A stretch of DNA of 64,000 nt from Leptolyngbya sp. (GTDB taxonomy: Bacteria > Cyanobacteriota > Cyanobacteriia > Phormidesmidales > Phormidesmidaceae). The stretch's first letter is position 1, and every line of letters begins with the position of its first letter. The DNA lies in assembly GCA_003249105.1 (NCBI GenBank), contig QBLT01000002.1:2505-66504 (forward strand). Direction: 5' to 3'. A model generated the notes under the pieces. The model saw only the letters and a list, made by a program, of their open reading frames with translations. It had not been told where the DNA came from and searched no databases. Of the stretch, positions 18,324-28,149 are shown in pieces. Position numbers and translations under genes: made by a program.

Positions 18324-18770
18324 ATGAAAGCCTACTTCCAAAATTTGCGGCGGCTGAATGTGCAGGGCACCACCACCCGGCGACCCTCACCCACGCCTGC
18401 CACCTACTTGGCCCAGATTGACCCTCAAGTACAGGCCAGCCTAAATACTGAGCAGTGGACAGAATTAGAGCGGGTAGTTGGCCTAGCCATTCCCAAACCG
18501 GCCCCCAAGCTGGTCGATCTCAGGTTTGAGGTTGACCTGTTGATTAGCCGCTACTTCATTGTGCTGATGGTGGGCAAAGACCGCCGTCGCGTTCCCCGCA
18601 ATACTCCGGTTTCTAAACTTACCCAGTTCGGCAACTGGGTGGCAGCAGTGCTGCTGCTACTGGGGTTTAACCTGGCCCTTAGCACTAGCGTGTTGATGGC
18701 AGCCTATCTGATTAAGTCGGCCCTGGGCATCAACCTGCTGCCGGGTCACTTTCGGGGGTTTGGCAACTAG
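18324..18770 (+). CDS. hypothetical protein with a C-terminal TM segment
   Basis: ORF with VDLRFEVDLLISRYFIVLMVGKDRR and YLIKSALGINL. Confidence 0.75.
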   Translation: MKAYFQNLRRLNVQGTTTRRPSPTPATYLAQIDPQVQASLNTEQWTELERVVGLAIPKPAPKLVDLRFEVDLLISRYFIVLMVGKDRRRVPRNTPVSKLTQFGNWVAAVLLLLGFNLALSTSVLMAAYLIKSALGINLLPGHFRGFGN

Positions 18771-18900
18771 AACCCAACGGTGTCGGCCCGCTAAGCCCCC
18801 CTGCCAGCCGCCCTAGGCCAATTCCCAAACTAGTGTATTGCCGGATATAGGGCTGCATGGCGAATTTCGATACAGTGGCTTCAGCGTTGTTTTTTGCCCC

Positions 18901-20175
18901 ATGAGCCAGCCGCCAAAATTGGATTCCGCAGCCGTAGAGCCACTTCAGGAAAATTTATCGGCTCGGTTAGGCGAGCTGGCCCGACTTTTTTTAAAACTGG
19001 GAGCGATCGGCTTTGGTGGCCCCCAGGCGCACATTGCCATGATTCACGATGAGGCCGTGGTGCGGCGTGGCTGGCTCAAGGAAGAGCAGTTTCTAGAGGG
19101 GGTAGCGATCTGCGAAATGCTGCCCGGCCCGGCCTCAACCCAGACTGGTATTTACACCGGGTACTTGCGAGCGGGGCAGTTGGGGGCGTTGGTAGCGGGC
19201 GTTTGCTTTATCTTGCCTGCGTTTTTGATTGTGCTGGTGCTGTCGTGGGCCTACTTCAAGTTCCAGGGAGTGCCCCAAATCGAGGACTTGTTTTTGGGCA
19301 TTTCACCCGTAGTGATCGCCATTGTTTTTGGCTTCTGCTGGAAGCTGGGCAAAAAGGCGATTAAAGACTGGCAGGGGGTGGCGATCGCCCTCACCGTCCT
19401 TCTGCTTTCCCTCATCTTCCGCGTCAACATTCTGCTGCTCTTTTTGCTGGCGGGCTTGGCTGGACTCGCTATCTATCGCCCTACCGCGCCACCACCGGCT
19501 GGGCCATCGACCCGCACCAGCGCCTGGCTCGCCCCTCTGCTGCCCATTACCCAGGGACTGCCTAACCTGCTAGGGAATCTGCCCGCCGACCCCGTGGCGG
19601 TGTCTAGCTTCTGGGGGTTCGATCGCATCCAAGCCTCCGTTGTCCCCCTCTCGACCTTCTTTCTCAAGACCGGGGCTTTTATCTTTGGCGGCGGCCTGGT
19701 GATCATTCCTCTGCTAGAAACCGCCGTGGTAGATGACTTTGGCTGGATGACCCGCAACGAGTTTATCGACGGTGTGGCCCTGGGCGAACTCACGCCCGGC
19801 CCGGTGGTGATCACCGCCGCCTTCGTGGGCTATAAGGTTGCCGGGGCGCTGGGGGCGCTGGTTGCCACGATCGCTATCTTCACCCCATCCTTTCTATTCA
19901 TCATGTTTGCCTCGCCGTTTCTGGTGCGGCTGCGGCAAAACCCTTGGGTGAAAAGCTTTCTCAAGGGGGTAATGCCAGCGGTATTGGGGGCGATCGCCGC
20001 CGCCGCCATTCCCCTTGCCGTTGCCGCCCTGCGACAGGACACTGTGCCCCGCACGGTTGTTGCCGTCACCGTGGGCCTCGCCGCATTGGTGGCCCTGGTG
20101 CGCTATCAACGTCCCACCTGGCAACTGGTGCCCGCTGGGGCGATCGTAGGGCTAATTGCGGGAGCAGTGGTTTGA
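18901..20175 (+). CDS. chrA: long-chain chromate efflux transporter (CHR family)
   Basis: Two repeats: LGAIGFGGPQAHI...EMLPGP and GAFIFGGGLVII...ELTPGP. Confidence 0.92.
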   Translation: MSQPPKLDSAAVEPLQENLSARLGELARLFLKLGAIGFGGPQAHIAMIHDEAVVRRGWLKEEQFLEGVAICEMLPGPASTQTGIYTGYLRAGQLGALVAGVCFILPAFLIVLVLSWAYFKFQGVPQIEDLFLGISPVVIAIVFGFCWKLGKKAIKDWQGVAIALTVLLLSLIFRVNILLLFLLAGLAGLAIYRPTAPPPAGPSTRTSAWLAPLLPITQGLPNLLGNLPADPVAVSSFWGFDRIQASVVPLSTFFLKTGAFIFGGGLVIIPLLETAVVDDFGWMTRNEFIDGVALGELTPGPVVITAAFVGYKVAGALGALVATIAIFTPSFLFIMFASPFLVRLRQNPWVKSFLKGVMPAVLGAIAAAAIPLAVAALRQDTVPRTVVAVTVGLAALVALVRYQRPTWQLVPAGAIVGLIAGAVV

Positions 20176-20289
20176 TTTTGAATTTTAGGTTTTGGCAAGG
20201 TTGACCCTTTTGTCGGCCAGACTCGGGCCAGCACCAATCTAAATCCTCGACGCATTCCACTCGTTCTACAAACCTTATTTAGCGCAGTT

Positions 20290-20916
20290 TTATCGACCAG
20301 CTTCTAGGATTTGGTCAGCCGTCAGTTCTAAACCTGGAAAGGTGAGCGAAACAACTGGCTGATCGCTTCGAAGCTGCTGAATTTCGTACTCTCCGCCAAC
20401 CAATGTGCAAATTGAGAGCATAGGTTGCTTAGGTTTGCCAATGTGTCGAGTGCCCCCTAGCCCAGCATAGTCGGCAATCCAATACTCTGGAACGCCTAAA
20501 ACGGCGTAGTCTTCAACCTTGCGAGCATAGTCGTTTTGCCAGTTGCTGCTTACTACTTCTGCCACAAACTTAATTGAGCTACCCAACGTCAAAACTGACT
20601 GCTCAGCCCAAAGCGGCTCTTGAGAAAGCCGATCGCGATCAACAATCGCAACATCGGGTCGAAAGGCTGTCATCCCGCTATTAGAAGGACGCAACAGCCC
20701 TCGCTGAAGCACAAGCCAGGGTAAGTCCAATCTATCAATCTGCACACAGAGCTTTGCCGTAATAAAAGCCGCAACTTCTTCATGGAGACCAGTAGGTTCC
20801 AAATCGAAAACCTCGCCATCGATTAGTTCGTAGCGGTTATCGCCACTATACCGGGCGAGAAATTCGTCAAAGCTAACGGGCTTCTGCTGGATGGTTTGAT
20901 CGATCGCAGTGGCCAC
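20290..20916 (-). CDS. Uma2-family (DUF820) endonuclease-like protein
   Basis: RYELIDG, RPDVAIV, VAEVVSSNWQNDYARKVEDY, GVPEYWIAD. Confidence 0.9.
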   Translation of the reverse strand: MATAIDQTIQQKPVSFDEFLARYSGDNRYELIDGEVFDLEPTGLHEEVAAFITAKLCVQIDRLDLPWLVLQRGLLRPSNSGMTAFRPDVAIVDRDRLSQEPLWAEQSVLTLGSSIKFVAEVVSSNWQNDYARKVEDYAVLGVPEYWIADYAGLGGTRHIGKPKQPMLSICTLVGGEYEIQQLRSDQPVVSLTFPGLELTADQILEAGR

Positions 20917-20950
20917 AATTTACCTCTGTGCAATCAGCACCTTCAGCCTA

Positions 20951-21649
20951 TCAAGTTGTCACCATGCCGTGTTCTAGGGCGAAGCGCACCAGTTCTGTGC
21001 GGCTGTTGGTACCGGTTTTGCTAAATAGACGGCTAACGTACTTTTCAACGTTGCGTACGCTAGTCTCCAGGCGGCTGGCGATTTCTTTGTTCATTAGCCC
21101 TTCGGCCACCAGATCCAGCACGCTCTGCTCGCGGGGGGTAAGGTCGATGCGAATGTCTGAGGTCACCTTGGCGATGCCGCTCTTTTGGGTCAGCATGGCT
21201 TTGATTTCTTCGATCTGGCGGGCCATGACGGCGATGTCAGGAATGTCGCCCGCGTCGATAGTTTGGGCGGCGCGACGGCCCATCAGGTTGCTGACCACTG
21301 CTACCAGTTCTTCGGGGTCGAAGGGTTTTGAGAGGTAGGCGTCGCAGCCCGCGTTGTAGCCCTGGATGCGATCGCTGGTCATGCCCCGCGCCGTCAAAAA
21401 CAGCACCGGCAGGCCCTTAAAGCGAATGTCGTCGCGCACTTGGGCTAAGAAGGCGTAACCGTCGACCTGGGGCATCATAATATCGGAGATCAGCACGTCG
21501 GGCGTCTCCTGTTGCAGTAGATCCCAGCCTTCCTTGGCGTTGCTGGCAGAACGCACCGTAAAACCGCTGTCTTCTAGGTAAGCTTGTACCGCCTCGCGCA
21601 GACCTGGCTCATCGTCTACCAGCAAGATATTCCCGGTTTGCTCAGACAT
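20951..21649 (-). CDS. ycf29: NarL/LuxR-family response regulator, Ycf29/Rre1 type
   Basis: ILLVDDEPGLR, SDIMMPQVDG, LTPREQSVL...NKEIA...RNVEKYVSRLFSKT. Confidence 0.85.
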   Translation of the reverse strand: MSEQTGNILLVDDEPGLREAVQAYLEDSGFTVRSASNAKEGWDLLQQETPDVLISDIMMPQVDGYAFLAQVRDDIRFKGLPVLFLTARGMTSDRIQGYNAGCDAYLSKPFDPEELVAVVSNLMGRRAAQTIDAGDIPDIAVMARQIEEIKAMLTQKSGIAKVTSDIRIDLTPREQSVLDLVAEGLMNKEIASRLETSVRNVEKYVSRLFSKTGTNSRTELVRFALEHGMVTT

Positions 21650-21758
21650 AACATCGCCCCAGATGACCTATTCATGCCCACTTTAACGCGGAATTGTCAG
21701 GGCGGAATCAGTTCACGCCCCTGAAGCCAACAAGACGCTAACCCAATGGTGCCGCAAA

Positions 21759-22166
21759 ATGGAAAACCTGCTGTTTTATCTAGGCTTTGCCACCCTCATG
21801 GCCCACGAACTCGACGCCATGACCCAGGCCGAGTGGCGACTTCTGCTTGTGCTCAACCGCCTGCCCGATGCGATCGCCGAAATGGCCTTTGTGCTGGTTC
21901 ACATTCCCCTGGTGGCAGGGCTGCTGTGGATCACCAATAGCGGCAATCCTGTCCTACGCCGCTGGTCGCGCATAGCTGTGGCGATCTTTCTCGTCATCCA
22001 CGCCGGCTTGCACAAACGGCTCGATCACAGTCCTCTCTATACCTTCGACTCCGACCTCTCCCTGGGGTTAATCTACGGCGGCGGTGCGCTGGGGCTGCTG
22101 TATCTGTTGACTGTTTTGGTCATCGCTCGACAAACTCTACCGATAGATTCTCAAACCACGAACTAG
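21759..22166 (+). CDS. membrane protein, DUF6713-like
   Basis: LMAHELDAMTQAEWR followed by TM helices. Confidence 0.7.
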   Translation: MENLLFYLGFATLMAHELDAMTQAEWRLLLVLNRLPDAIAEMAFVLVHIPLVAGLLWITNSGNPVLRRWSRIAVAIFLVIHAGLHKRLDHSPLYTFDSDLSLGLIYGGGALGLLYLLTVLVIARQTLPIDSQTTN

Positions 22167-22296
22167 CGAACACCTGATCACGCCCTACCCGTGCTTGGTC
22201 AAGGGCCAAGTTTGATCGACTACCATGGGTTACAAGACCCCATCCAGGCCAAAGACACGTTTGGGCTTGGGCTAGCGATCGTAGGAGTGCTGATTT

Positions 22297-23253
22297 ATGG
22301 ACGGGTCATTTCCCCAAGGCTTGCTCAAGAGCGAGTTGCTCCACCGCCTGGCCATTAACCTCGACACCGCCGAGGAGTTTGGCCCCATTGCCGAGGTTTG
22401 GGTAAGCGGGCGCACCCACCAGATCAAAGGCATTGGCTGTAGTGCTGGCGGGCTGTTGAACCGCCAAAGTCGACGGTTTTTGTGGTCTCAGATTGGCTCG
22501 ATCGGGCGCGATGGGGTAGTGGTCAAGGCGGGGGCTGGCATCGAGGCCATTGATGAGCATTTGCAAGACTGTTTGCCCCTAGGCGAAGTCGAGCTGTGGT
22601 CAGACCACGGCGATCGCATCGGTCAGCTCACCGACTACCGCTTTGACCCCACCAGCGGCAACATTCTTGAATACCTGTTTATTCCCGAAGTCACCAGCGC
22701 CCTGCCCCCTGGCGTTTACGCCCTCGACCCGATCGCGGTGATCAGCACCGGTCGCCGCCGCATGATGGCCGAAGATACCGCCCTGCGGGCTGCGCCCCTA
22801 GTCCGAGAGGGGTTACCCCAGCCCCCCGAGCCAGCGGCGACTCGATCGCCCTTTGCCCACATCCCCCTAGATCGCGTACCCCTAGACAAAATGCCCGACC
22901 CCCGACGCGGCTGGGATGCTGCCGTCAAGGGCACCCAAACCATGCGCGACCAGGTGAATGAACAGTTTCAGGAAGGCCGCCACAGGCTGGGGGCCGAGAC
23001 CCAAGATCGCCGCCAAAAACTTCAGGCCGAGGCCCAAGATAAGCTAAGCGGCCTGCTGGGTAGCGTCAAAAAGCGCACCCGTGGCCTGCGCAATCAGCTG
23101 CGCGAGGCGGTCACCGACGCTACCGCTGGCTTGCCCAGCGGCCCCAACCTGCGTGACGACAAAGTGCCCACCATTGATGTGGACGCCATGGAGTTGTGGC
23201 CTGAGGACGATTTTCCGCCAGAACGGCCCGGTCATCGCCCCGATCGACGTTAG
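22297..23253 (+). CDS. tandem PRC-barrel domain protein
   Basis: Two repeats (INLDTAEEFGPIAEVW; WSDHGDRIGQLTDYRFD...SIGRDGV) and a helical tail. Confidence 0.8.
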   Translation: MDGSFPQGLLKSELLHRLAINLDTAEEFGPIAEVWVSGRTHQIKGIGCSAGGLLNRQSRRFLWSQIGSIGRDGVVVKAGAGIEAIDEHLQDCLPLGEVELWSDHGDRIGQLTDYRFDPTSGNILEYLFIPEVTSALPPGVYALDPIAVISTGRRRMMAEDTALRAAPLVREGLPQPPEPAATRSPFAHIPLDRVPLDKMPDPRRGWDAAVKGTQTMRDQVNEQFQEGRHRLGAETQDRRQKLQAEAQDKLSGLLGSVKKRTRGLRNQLREAVTDATAGLPSGPNLRDDKVPTIDVDAMELWPEDDFPPERPGHRPDRR

Positions 23254-23562
23254 CTATAGATCGCGCTGGTAGTCGGCAATCGCGTCCAGCAGATCGGCCT
23301 TACCCGATGCTGGGATCAAATCGGCCAGGGTGACGGTTTTTTGGCCCCCGCCAATGGCCACCGACGTGCTGGTCAAAATATCGGCTACGGCAGACTCAGT
23401 TACCTTGTCGCCAGCGACCAGGGGATAGAGCTTTTCGGCCAGGGGGGTGTGCAGTTTGGCATCGCCCAGATACAGGTGCCACTTGGCCACATCGAGATAC
23501 ACCTTGTCGCCAATGGTGGCGGCTAAAGACTCAATGGCGCGGGCGGTAGAGGCGTCAGACAT
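23254..23562 (-). CDS. DUF3181-family protein
   Basis: IGDKVYLDVAKWHLYLGDAKL. Confidence 0.8.
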   Translation of the reverse strand: MSDASTARAIESLAATIGDKVYLDVAKWHLYLGDAKLHTPLAEKLYPLVAGDKVTESAVADILTSTSVAIGGGQKTVTLADLIPASGKADLLDAIADYQRDL

Positions 23563-23578
23563 CGCTGGGGTTCTCCAT

Positions 23579-23863
23579 CTAGGGGTCTGGGTTGGCGTCA
23601 GAATCAGCCGTAGAGGCTAGGGGCGCAGGGGAGTAGTCTGCGATCGCAAAAATATAGACCGCATTAGCGACCAAAATCGGCAGCCAGGTCAGGGTTACCT
23701 TACTTGCCCAGGGCACCCACTCAGGGTTAAGGGTATTAAAAAACCACAGCCCAGAGTTAACGGCAGTGAATGCTGCCACATGCACCGCAAAGTTGATGCG
23801 GTCTTCTAACTTGCGGTAGGCGGGGTCTTCTCGGGTGGGTTTACGGGGCCAACGGGGTGGCAT
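23579..23863 (-). CDS. 2TM-domain small membrane protein
   Basis: MPPRWPRKP...RINFAVHVAAF...NSGLWF. Confidence 0.8.
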   Translation of the reverse strand: MPPRWPRKPTREDPAYRKLEDRINFAVHVAAFTAVNSGLWFFNTLNPEWVPWASKVTLTWLPILVANAVYIFAIADYSPAPLASTADSDANPDP

Positions 23864-23893
23864 AGGCCAAATATCACAATTACGCTACACCCT

Positions 23894-24427
23894 TCATTCT
23901 AAAGGCGCGCGGGCTAAAGACGTGGGGGGCATTCCCCACTGGCCGATGTAGGCATAGATTGCCAAAGCCGCCGCCGTCTGAACGTTGAGCGACTGCACCA
24001 CACCATACTGCGGAATCACTACAGCCTGGTCGCAGGCCGCCGCCACGGCTGGGGGAATGCCCGTTAGCTCACGCCCCAGCACCAGCACCGCCCGCTCAGG
24101 AAAGCGCATCTCGGCTAGGGGAACCGCTTCGGGTCGAAGATCCAGCGCAATGGAGATGTAACCTTGCTGCCGCCGGTCATCCAGCCACTGGGGCAGCCGC
24201 TCCGCTGTGCAGGCCACCACAGGTTGCCACTGGTGGGTGGCCACCGCCACTTGACGAAACTTGCGATTTCGAGCCAGCGCTAACTCCCTGAGCACCAGAG
24301 CCTCCAGCCGAAAGGCTTCGGCAGTGCGGCACAGCATGCCCAGATTCATAGGATTTTCGACCAACGAGGCGCACACTACCAAAGGGTGGCGGGGCAAATT
24401 TGGGTACTGAGTCCGAAATAACGCCAT
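23894..24427 (-). CDS. SpoU/TrmH-family RNA methyltransferase
   Basis: NPMNLGMLCRTAEAF, VLGRELTGI, IPQYGVVQSLNV. Confidence 0.88.
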   Translation of the reverse strand: MALFRTQYPNLPRHPLVVCASLVENPMNLGMLCRTAEAFRLEALVLRELALARNRKFRQVAVATHQWQPVVACTAERLPQWLDDRRQQGYISIALDLRPEAVPLAEMRFPERAVLVLGRELTGIPPAVAAACDQAVVIPQYGVVQSLNVQTAAALAIYAYIGQWGMPPTSLARAPLE

Positions 24428-24761
24428 AGATCAGGTGTCTGGGTTAGAACAGCCCAAAATGCCAAAATTCCGGCCTATCGAGCACTTTTTTCAGTTTTTG
24501 CTCTTCTATAGCCATCGCCAGATCGGTTAGGACATTCTGCACAATTCCTTGAAGCGATGACTATACGTCAGTGCGCTGCCTCTGTTTTTGTCCATGGTAG
24601 TAACTGTGTCCCAAGCGCAGTGGCCAACGCTATATTTTCGTACTTTTGCCACGGATGATGATGCGATCGCACCTGGGACAACAGAAAACCCGTCCTGCCT
24701 AGACAGAACGGGTGAGGTGCCATCATCAACTAGATGATCGCAAACTAGACGGGCGTAGCCA

Positions 24762-25409
24762 TTAGTCTGCGATCAGAGCAATGTTAGAAAACACAAATTC
24801 CTGCTTATCGGTGTCGTCGTCAACCCCGGTTTCGATAGAGCGGCGAGAGAGAATGTAGTAGCCGCCAACCTCGGTGTATTCGTCTTCAAAATCGCTGAGG
24901 CCGCCCTTTTGCTCACCAGTTTTAGGGTCGTGATAGACCGAGTCGTAGCGGTGTGACAGGTAGCCTGAGCCAGTGTCGTGGCTGCTGTAGGTGTGAATGG
25001 TGACCACAACGCCGTGGATGTGGCGGTGCACCATCGACACTTCGTTGTCTTTGAGCTGGTAGCGATCGCCCTCAGCCTTACCGCCCATCAAGATCTCTAT
25101 CGAACCGTCGGCCAGGGTTTCGCCATAACTAAAGGTGTTGTTGCCGTGGCTGTCTTCAAACTCGCGCCGCACCCGGTGAATCGAGACCTCAAACAGCTGA
25201 CCATGCACCATTTTTTGGGCCGCCTCATCGGCAATGCCGCTCACTTCCAGCTTGAGGTCGGCGCTGACCTTGACCTGGCCGCTGTGGGTCTGGCCGTTGT
25301 GGGTAAACGTCACATCGGCGGTGTAACCGGGGAACGCGGCATCCCAGGTATAGCGATTTTCGTAGGCAGCGCGAAATAAGTCCCGTGCTGCAAGCTGAGT
25401 TCCAACCAT
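24762..25409 (-). CDS. DUF3386-family protein
   Basis: ARDLFRAAYENRYTWDAAFPGYTAD. Confidence 0.85.
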   Translation of the reverse strand: MVGTQLAARDLFRAAYENRYTWDAAFPGYTADVTFTHNGQTHSGQVKVSADLKLEVSGIADEAAQKMVHGQLFEVSIHRVRREFEDSHGNNTFSYGETLADGSIEILMGGKAEGDRYQLKDNEVSMVHRHIHGVVVTIHTYSSHDTGSGYLSHRYDSVYHDPKTGEQKGGLSDFEDEYTEVGGYYILSRRSIETGVDDDTDKQEFVFSNIALIAD

Positions 25410-25553
25410 TAAAAAATTCTCCCGGTTCATGTTTGGTGCACAAACAGCGCCCTGCCGCTGTGCTGGAGCTTCTCTAGCATAGCGATTCTGGGCTCCCCTG
25501 GGCTTGGCCTGGGCTGAAGTAGTCAGCAGGGTCAGCCATCAATTGCAAAGAAA

Positions 25554-25597
25554 TGTATTGTAGTTTACAGTGCTAACGGGGGTCGCCTCTTTAGAAT
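25554..25597 (+). promoter_or_regulatory. NtcA-activated (class II) promoter
   Basis: TGTA-TTGTAGTT-TACA (25554-25569), then 22 nt, then TAGAAT (25592-25597). Confidence 0.65.
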
Positions 25598-25602
25598 AAA
25601 AG

Positions 25603-25750
25603 ACCCATAATTCATTTAGGCTTGTGCTGCCGCATTTTGCTGGGTAGATCGGGTTCTAAAAGCTCAATTTAGCTCTAGTTTTCCACAGGCTGCTCGTGAG
25701 CCTCGGCTTTAAGGTATCTGCTAAAAAGCCTGCCTAGTCAGGGCTTTTTA
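25603..25750 (+). ncRNA. candidate nitrogen-regulated small RNA (~145 nt)
   Basis: Follows the NtcA promoter; no plus-strand ORF; ends in hairpin GCTAAAAAGCC/GGCTTTTTAGC (25720-25752). Inferred; family not recognised. Confidence 0.45.
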
Positions 25751-25819
25751 GCATAATCGCTATTGTTAAACGGTCAAAGCTGTGGGTTATCCACAGCTTT
25801 TTGGTCTGTCTGTGGATAA
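25679..25819. promoter_or_regulatory. cluster of three DnaA boxes
   Basis: TTTTCCACA 25679-87, TTATCCACA 25787-95, TGTGGATAA 25811-19. Confidence 0.55.
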
Positions 25820-25854
25820 CTTATTGTCGGTGAATGATTGGACGATCGCACCCC

Positions 25855-27291
25855 TCATCCACCGATGCTACCGGCGTACTGATCGATCGCCTTAAAGAGC
25901 TGGTTCACCTCAGCCACCGTAGTAAACGGGTTGAGCAGTACCGCCTTTAACCATCGCTGCCCCCGAAAGTTAGGCACCGACAAAAAGATCTGGTGCTGCT
26001 TCAGCAGGTAGTCCTGCAAGCTGACGTTCCAGGCATCCCACTGGGATGGCGGCAGCGTCGGAGGGCAGCCGCGAAAGCAGATCAGATTCATCTCCGGCTC
26101 GCTAGCCAATTCTAGATAGGGCCGCTGGCGCACCTGGGCGACAAAGTGAGCGCCTAGGGCATAGCTGGCCTCAATCAGTTCGGCGCAGCCCGCCTGGCCC
26201 AAATGCTGAAGGGTGAGCCACAGCTTGAGCACGTCGGCATGGCGGGTGCCCTGCACTGTCAGTTCCCCCAGGTTTACCCAATCCGGCTCACTGTTCATGT
26301 AGGGTGCTGACACTCGAAAGTGACTGTGCAGCAACCCCAGATCGCGAAAGAGCACCGAGGCACAGGTTTTAGTGACATACAGCCATTTTTGGGGGTTGAA
26401 CGTCACTGAGTCAGCCTGTTCAATGCCTGTCAGCCGCTGACGGTGCTGGGGCGAAAAGGCGATCGCCCCCCCATAGGCCGCATCCACATGGAACCATAGC
26501 CCATAGGTCTGGGCAATGCGGGCGATCGCGGGTAGCGGGTCAATGTTGCCGGTGACGGTGGTGCCCGCCGTGCCCACCACCGCAAAAGGCCGCTGCCCGC
26601 GGGCGATCGCTCCCTGAATTTTCTCTTCTAGGGCATTGGCGTCCATTTGAGCATTGGCATTCGCAGGCACCAGCACCACCCCCTCCAGCCCCAGCCCCAG
26701 CACCATCGCCGCCTTTTGAATCGAGGTGTGGGCCATTTCCGAGGCCAAGATCACCGGTGGCGGCCCCCCGGCCAACCCCTGCCGTAAACAGTCCAGCTTG
26801 ACGTTGCGAGCCACGGTCAGCGCCTGCAAATTGGCCAGGCTGCCGCCACTGGCCAGCAGCCCCCCGGCCTGCTCCCCCAGCCCAAACATTTGGGCCAGTT
26901 CTGCCAGCAGCAGCGGCTCCAGGCGCGACAGCGCGGGCGACATCTCCACACTCAGCATGTTGTTGTTCAAGGCTGCCGCCGCCCAGTCGCCCACAATCGA
27001 AGCCGTGCTGGGCAAGGGGTCCATATGGCCCATATAACCAGGGTGGGCCGGGTTCATCGACTGGGCCATCAGGTCGCCCAGGGAGGCTAACAGAGGAGCG
27101 ATCGCCGTAGGCTGAGCGGGAATACCGCTAAACTCAACATCCTTGATCGCGGGCAGAGGGGCGTGGCTAGCTGCCCCAGTGGAGTAGTCGAGAATTTGCT
27201 CGACCACCCGCTGCAAAATCTCTGCGATGGCCGCCCGATTATGGCCCTGGGGATCGATAAACGCGGTAGCAGGCAAAACCGATGGAGCCAA
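25855..27291 (-). CDS. group II PLP-dependent amino-acid decarboxylase
   Basis: [36 protein letters not shown] (PLP Lys). Probable TTG start with SD GAGG. Confidence 0.9.
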   Translation of the reverse strand: MAPSVLPATAFIDPQGHNRAAIAEILQRVVEQILDYSTGAASHAPLPAIKDVEFSGIPAQPTAIAPLLASLGDLMAQSMNPAHPGYMGHMDPLPSTASIVGDWAAAALNNNMLSVEMSPALSRLEPLLLAELAQMFGLGEQAGGLLASGGSLANLQALTVARNVKLDCLRQGLAGGPPPVILASEMAHTSIQKAAMVLGLGLEGVVLVPANANAQMDANALEEKIQGAIARGQRPFAVVGTAGTTVTGNIDPLPAIARIAQTYGLWFHVDAAYGGAIAFSPQHRQRLTGIEQADSVTFNPQKWLYVTKTCASVLFRDLGLLHSHFRVSAPYMNSEPDWVNLGELTVQGTRHADVLKLWLTLQHLGQAGCAELIEASYALGAHFVAQVRQRPYLELASEPEMNLICFRGCPPTLPPSQWDAWNVSLQDYLLKQHQIFLSVPNFRGQRWLKAVLLNPFTTVAEVNQLFKAIDQYAGSIGG

Positions 27292-27365
27292 CGTACACCT
27301 CTTGCACGAACTATGGCTCAATTATCTCGCCAATGCTCTACCCCATGCTAGAGAAACCAGGGTTT

Positions 27366-28145
27366 CTACAGGCGTTGAATCAGCAGCGGCGGTGAGAGAT
27401 GTGCCTGGGGGGCAGCGGCGCTCTCTTTGGTGATAGCTACGGCCCGTACGAGACTGCGATCGCGGCGGTACACCGGCGGCAGATCAATCGGTTGTGACAC
27501 CTGACCCTGCTCATCCACCGTGAATACGGTAGTGAGAATAGCGTTTTTTTGATCCACGGTGGCGGTGGCACTGGGGTCTACCACCGTCCACAGCACGTAT
27601 ACAGAGCCAGGCTCCAGGGGAGGCAAGTTCGCCACCGTGAGGGAGCCTGCCAGGTTATTGGGGTCAATCACCACCTGAGCCTGCCCCACTGCCGCACCAC
27701 CCTCAGGAGCACCCAGGGCAACGGTTAGGGTTTCGTGCGGCTGGCTGGCCCGCTCAAGCTGTAGCGATCGCCAAAGCATCAGGTTGCTCAAACTGAGGCC
27801 AGCAATTAACGTTGCTGCCGCTGCTCCCCAAAGGTTTCCCCAGCGACGAGGTCGCCGCCCCAGAGTCGACACTGGAATCGCAACTGGAGCACTCCCCACT
27901 TCATCTCCAGACTCAGCCGACTTAGCAGCCTGTAACAGAGCCATCCTCAGATGGGCAGGCGGGCTGATCGGATCGTCGCCGTAGGCCATTTCCAACATCT
28001 GCTGAAGCTGGTCGATATCCTGCTGTAGATCGGGGTTGACCGCCAGCAGATCCGCTAGAGTAGCCGACTCTTCTCGGCTGAGGTCGTAGAGGACGTAGCC
28101 CGCCAGCAGGTACTGCAATTGTTCCGATGAAATCGACCCAGTCAT
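27366..28145 (-). CDS. anti-sigma factor, RskA-like
   Basis: LLAGYVLYDLSREE N-terminus, one TM helix, LPPLEPGSVYVLW...AVAITKE periplasmic domain. Confidence 0.85.
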   Translation of the reverse strand: MTGSISSEQLQYLLAGYVLYDLSREESATLADLLAVNPDLQQDIDQLQQMLEMAYGDDPISPPAHLRMALLQAAKSAESGDEVGSAPVAIPVSTLGRRPRRWGNLWGAAAATLIAGLSLSNLMLWRSLQLERASQPHETLTVALGAPEGGAAVGQAQVVIDPNNLAGSLTVANLPPLEPGSVYVLWTVVDPSATATVDQKNAILTTVFTVDEQGQVSQPIDLPPVYRRDRSLVRAVAITKESAAAPQAHLSPPLLIQRL

Positions 28146-28149
28146 AGTG

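Noticed and set aside
20290-20916. Uma2 gene as part of a restriction or defence island
   Set aside because: No methylase or other defence genes nearby; solitary Uma2 paralogues are common in cyanobacteria.
24445-24680. Two short protein-like minus-strand frames upstream of the TrmH gene (possible pseudogene)
   Set aside because: Both are under 40 codons, in different frames, begin inside a terminator, and have no recognisable family motif.
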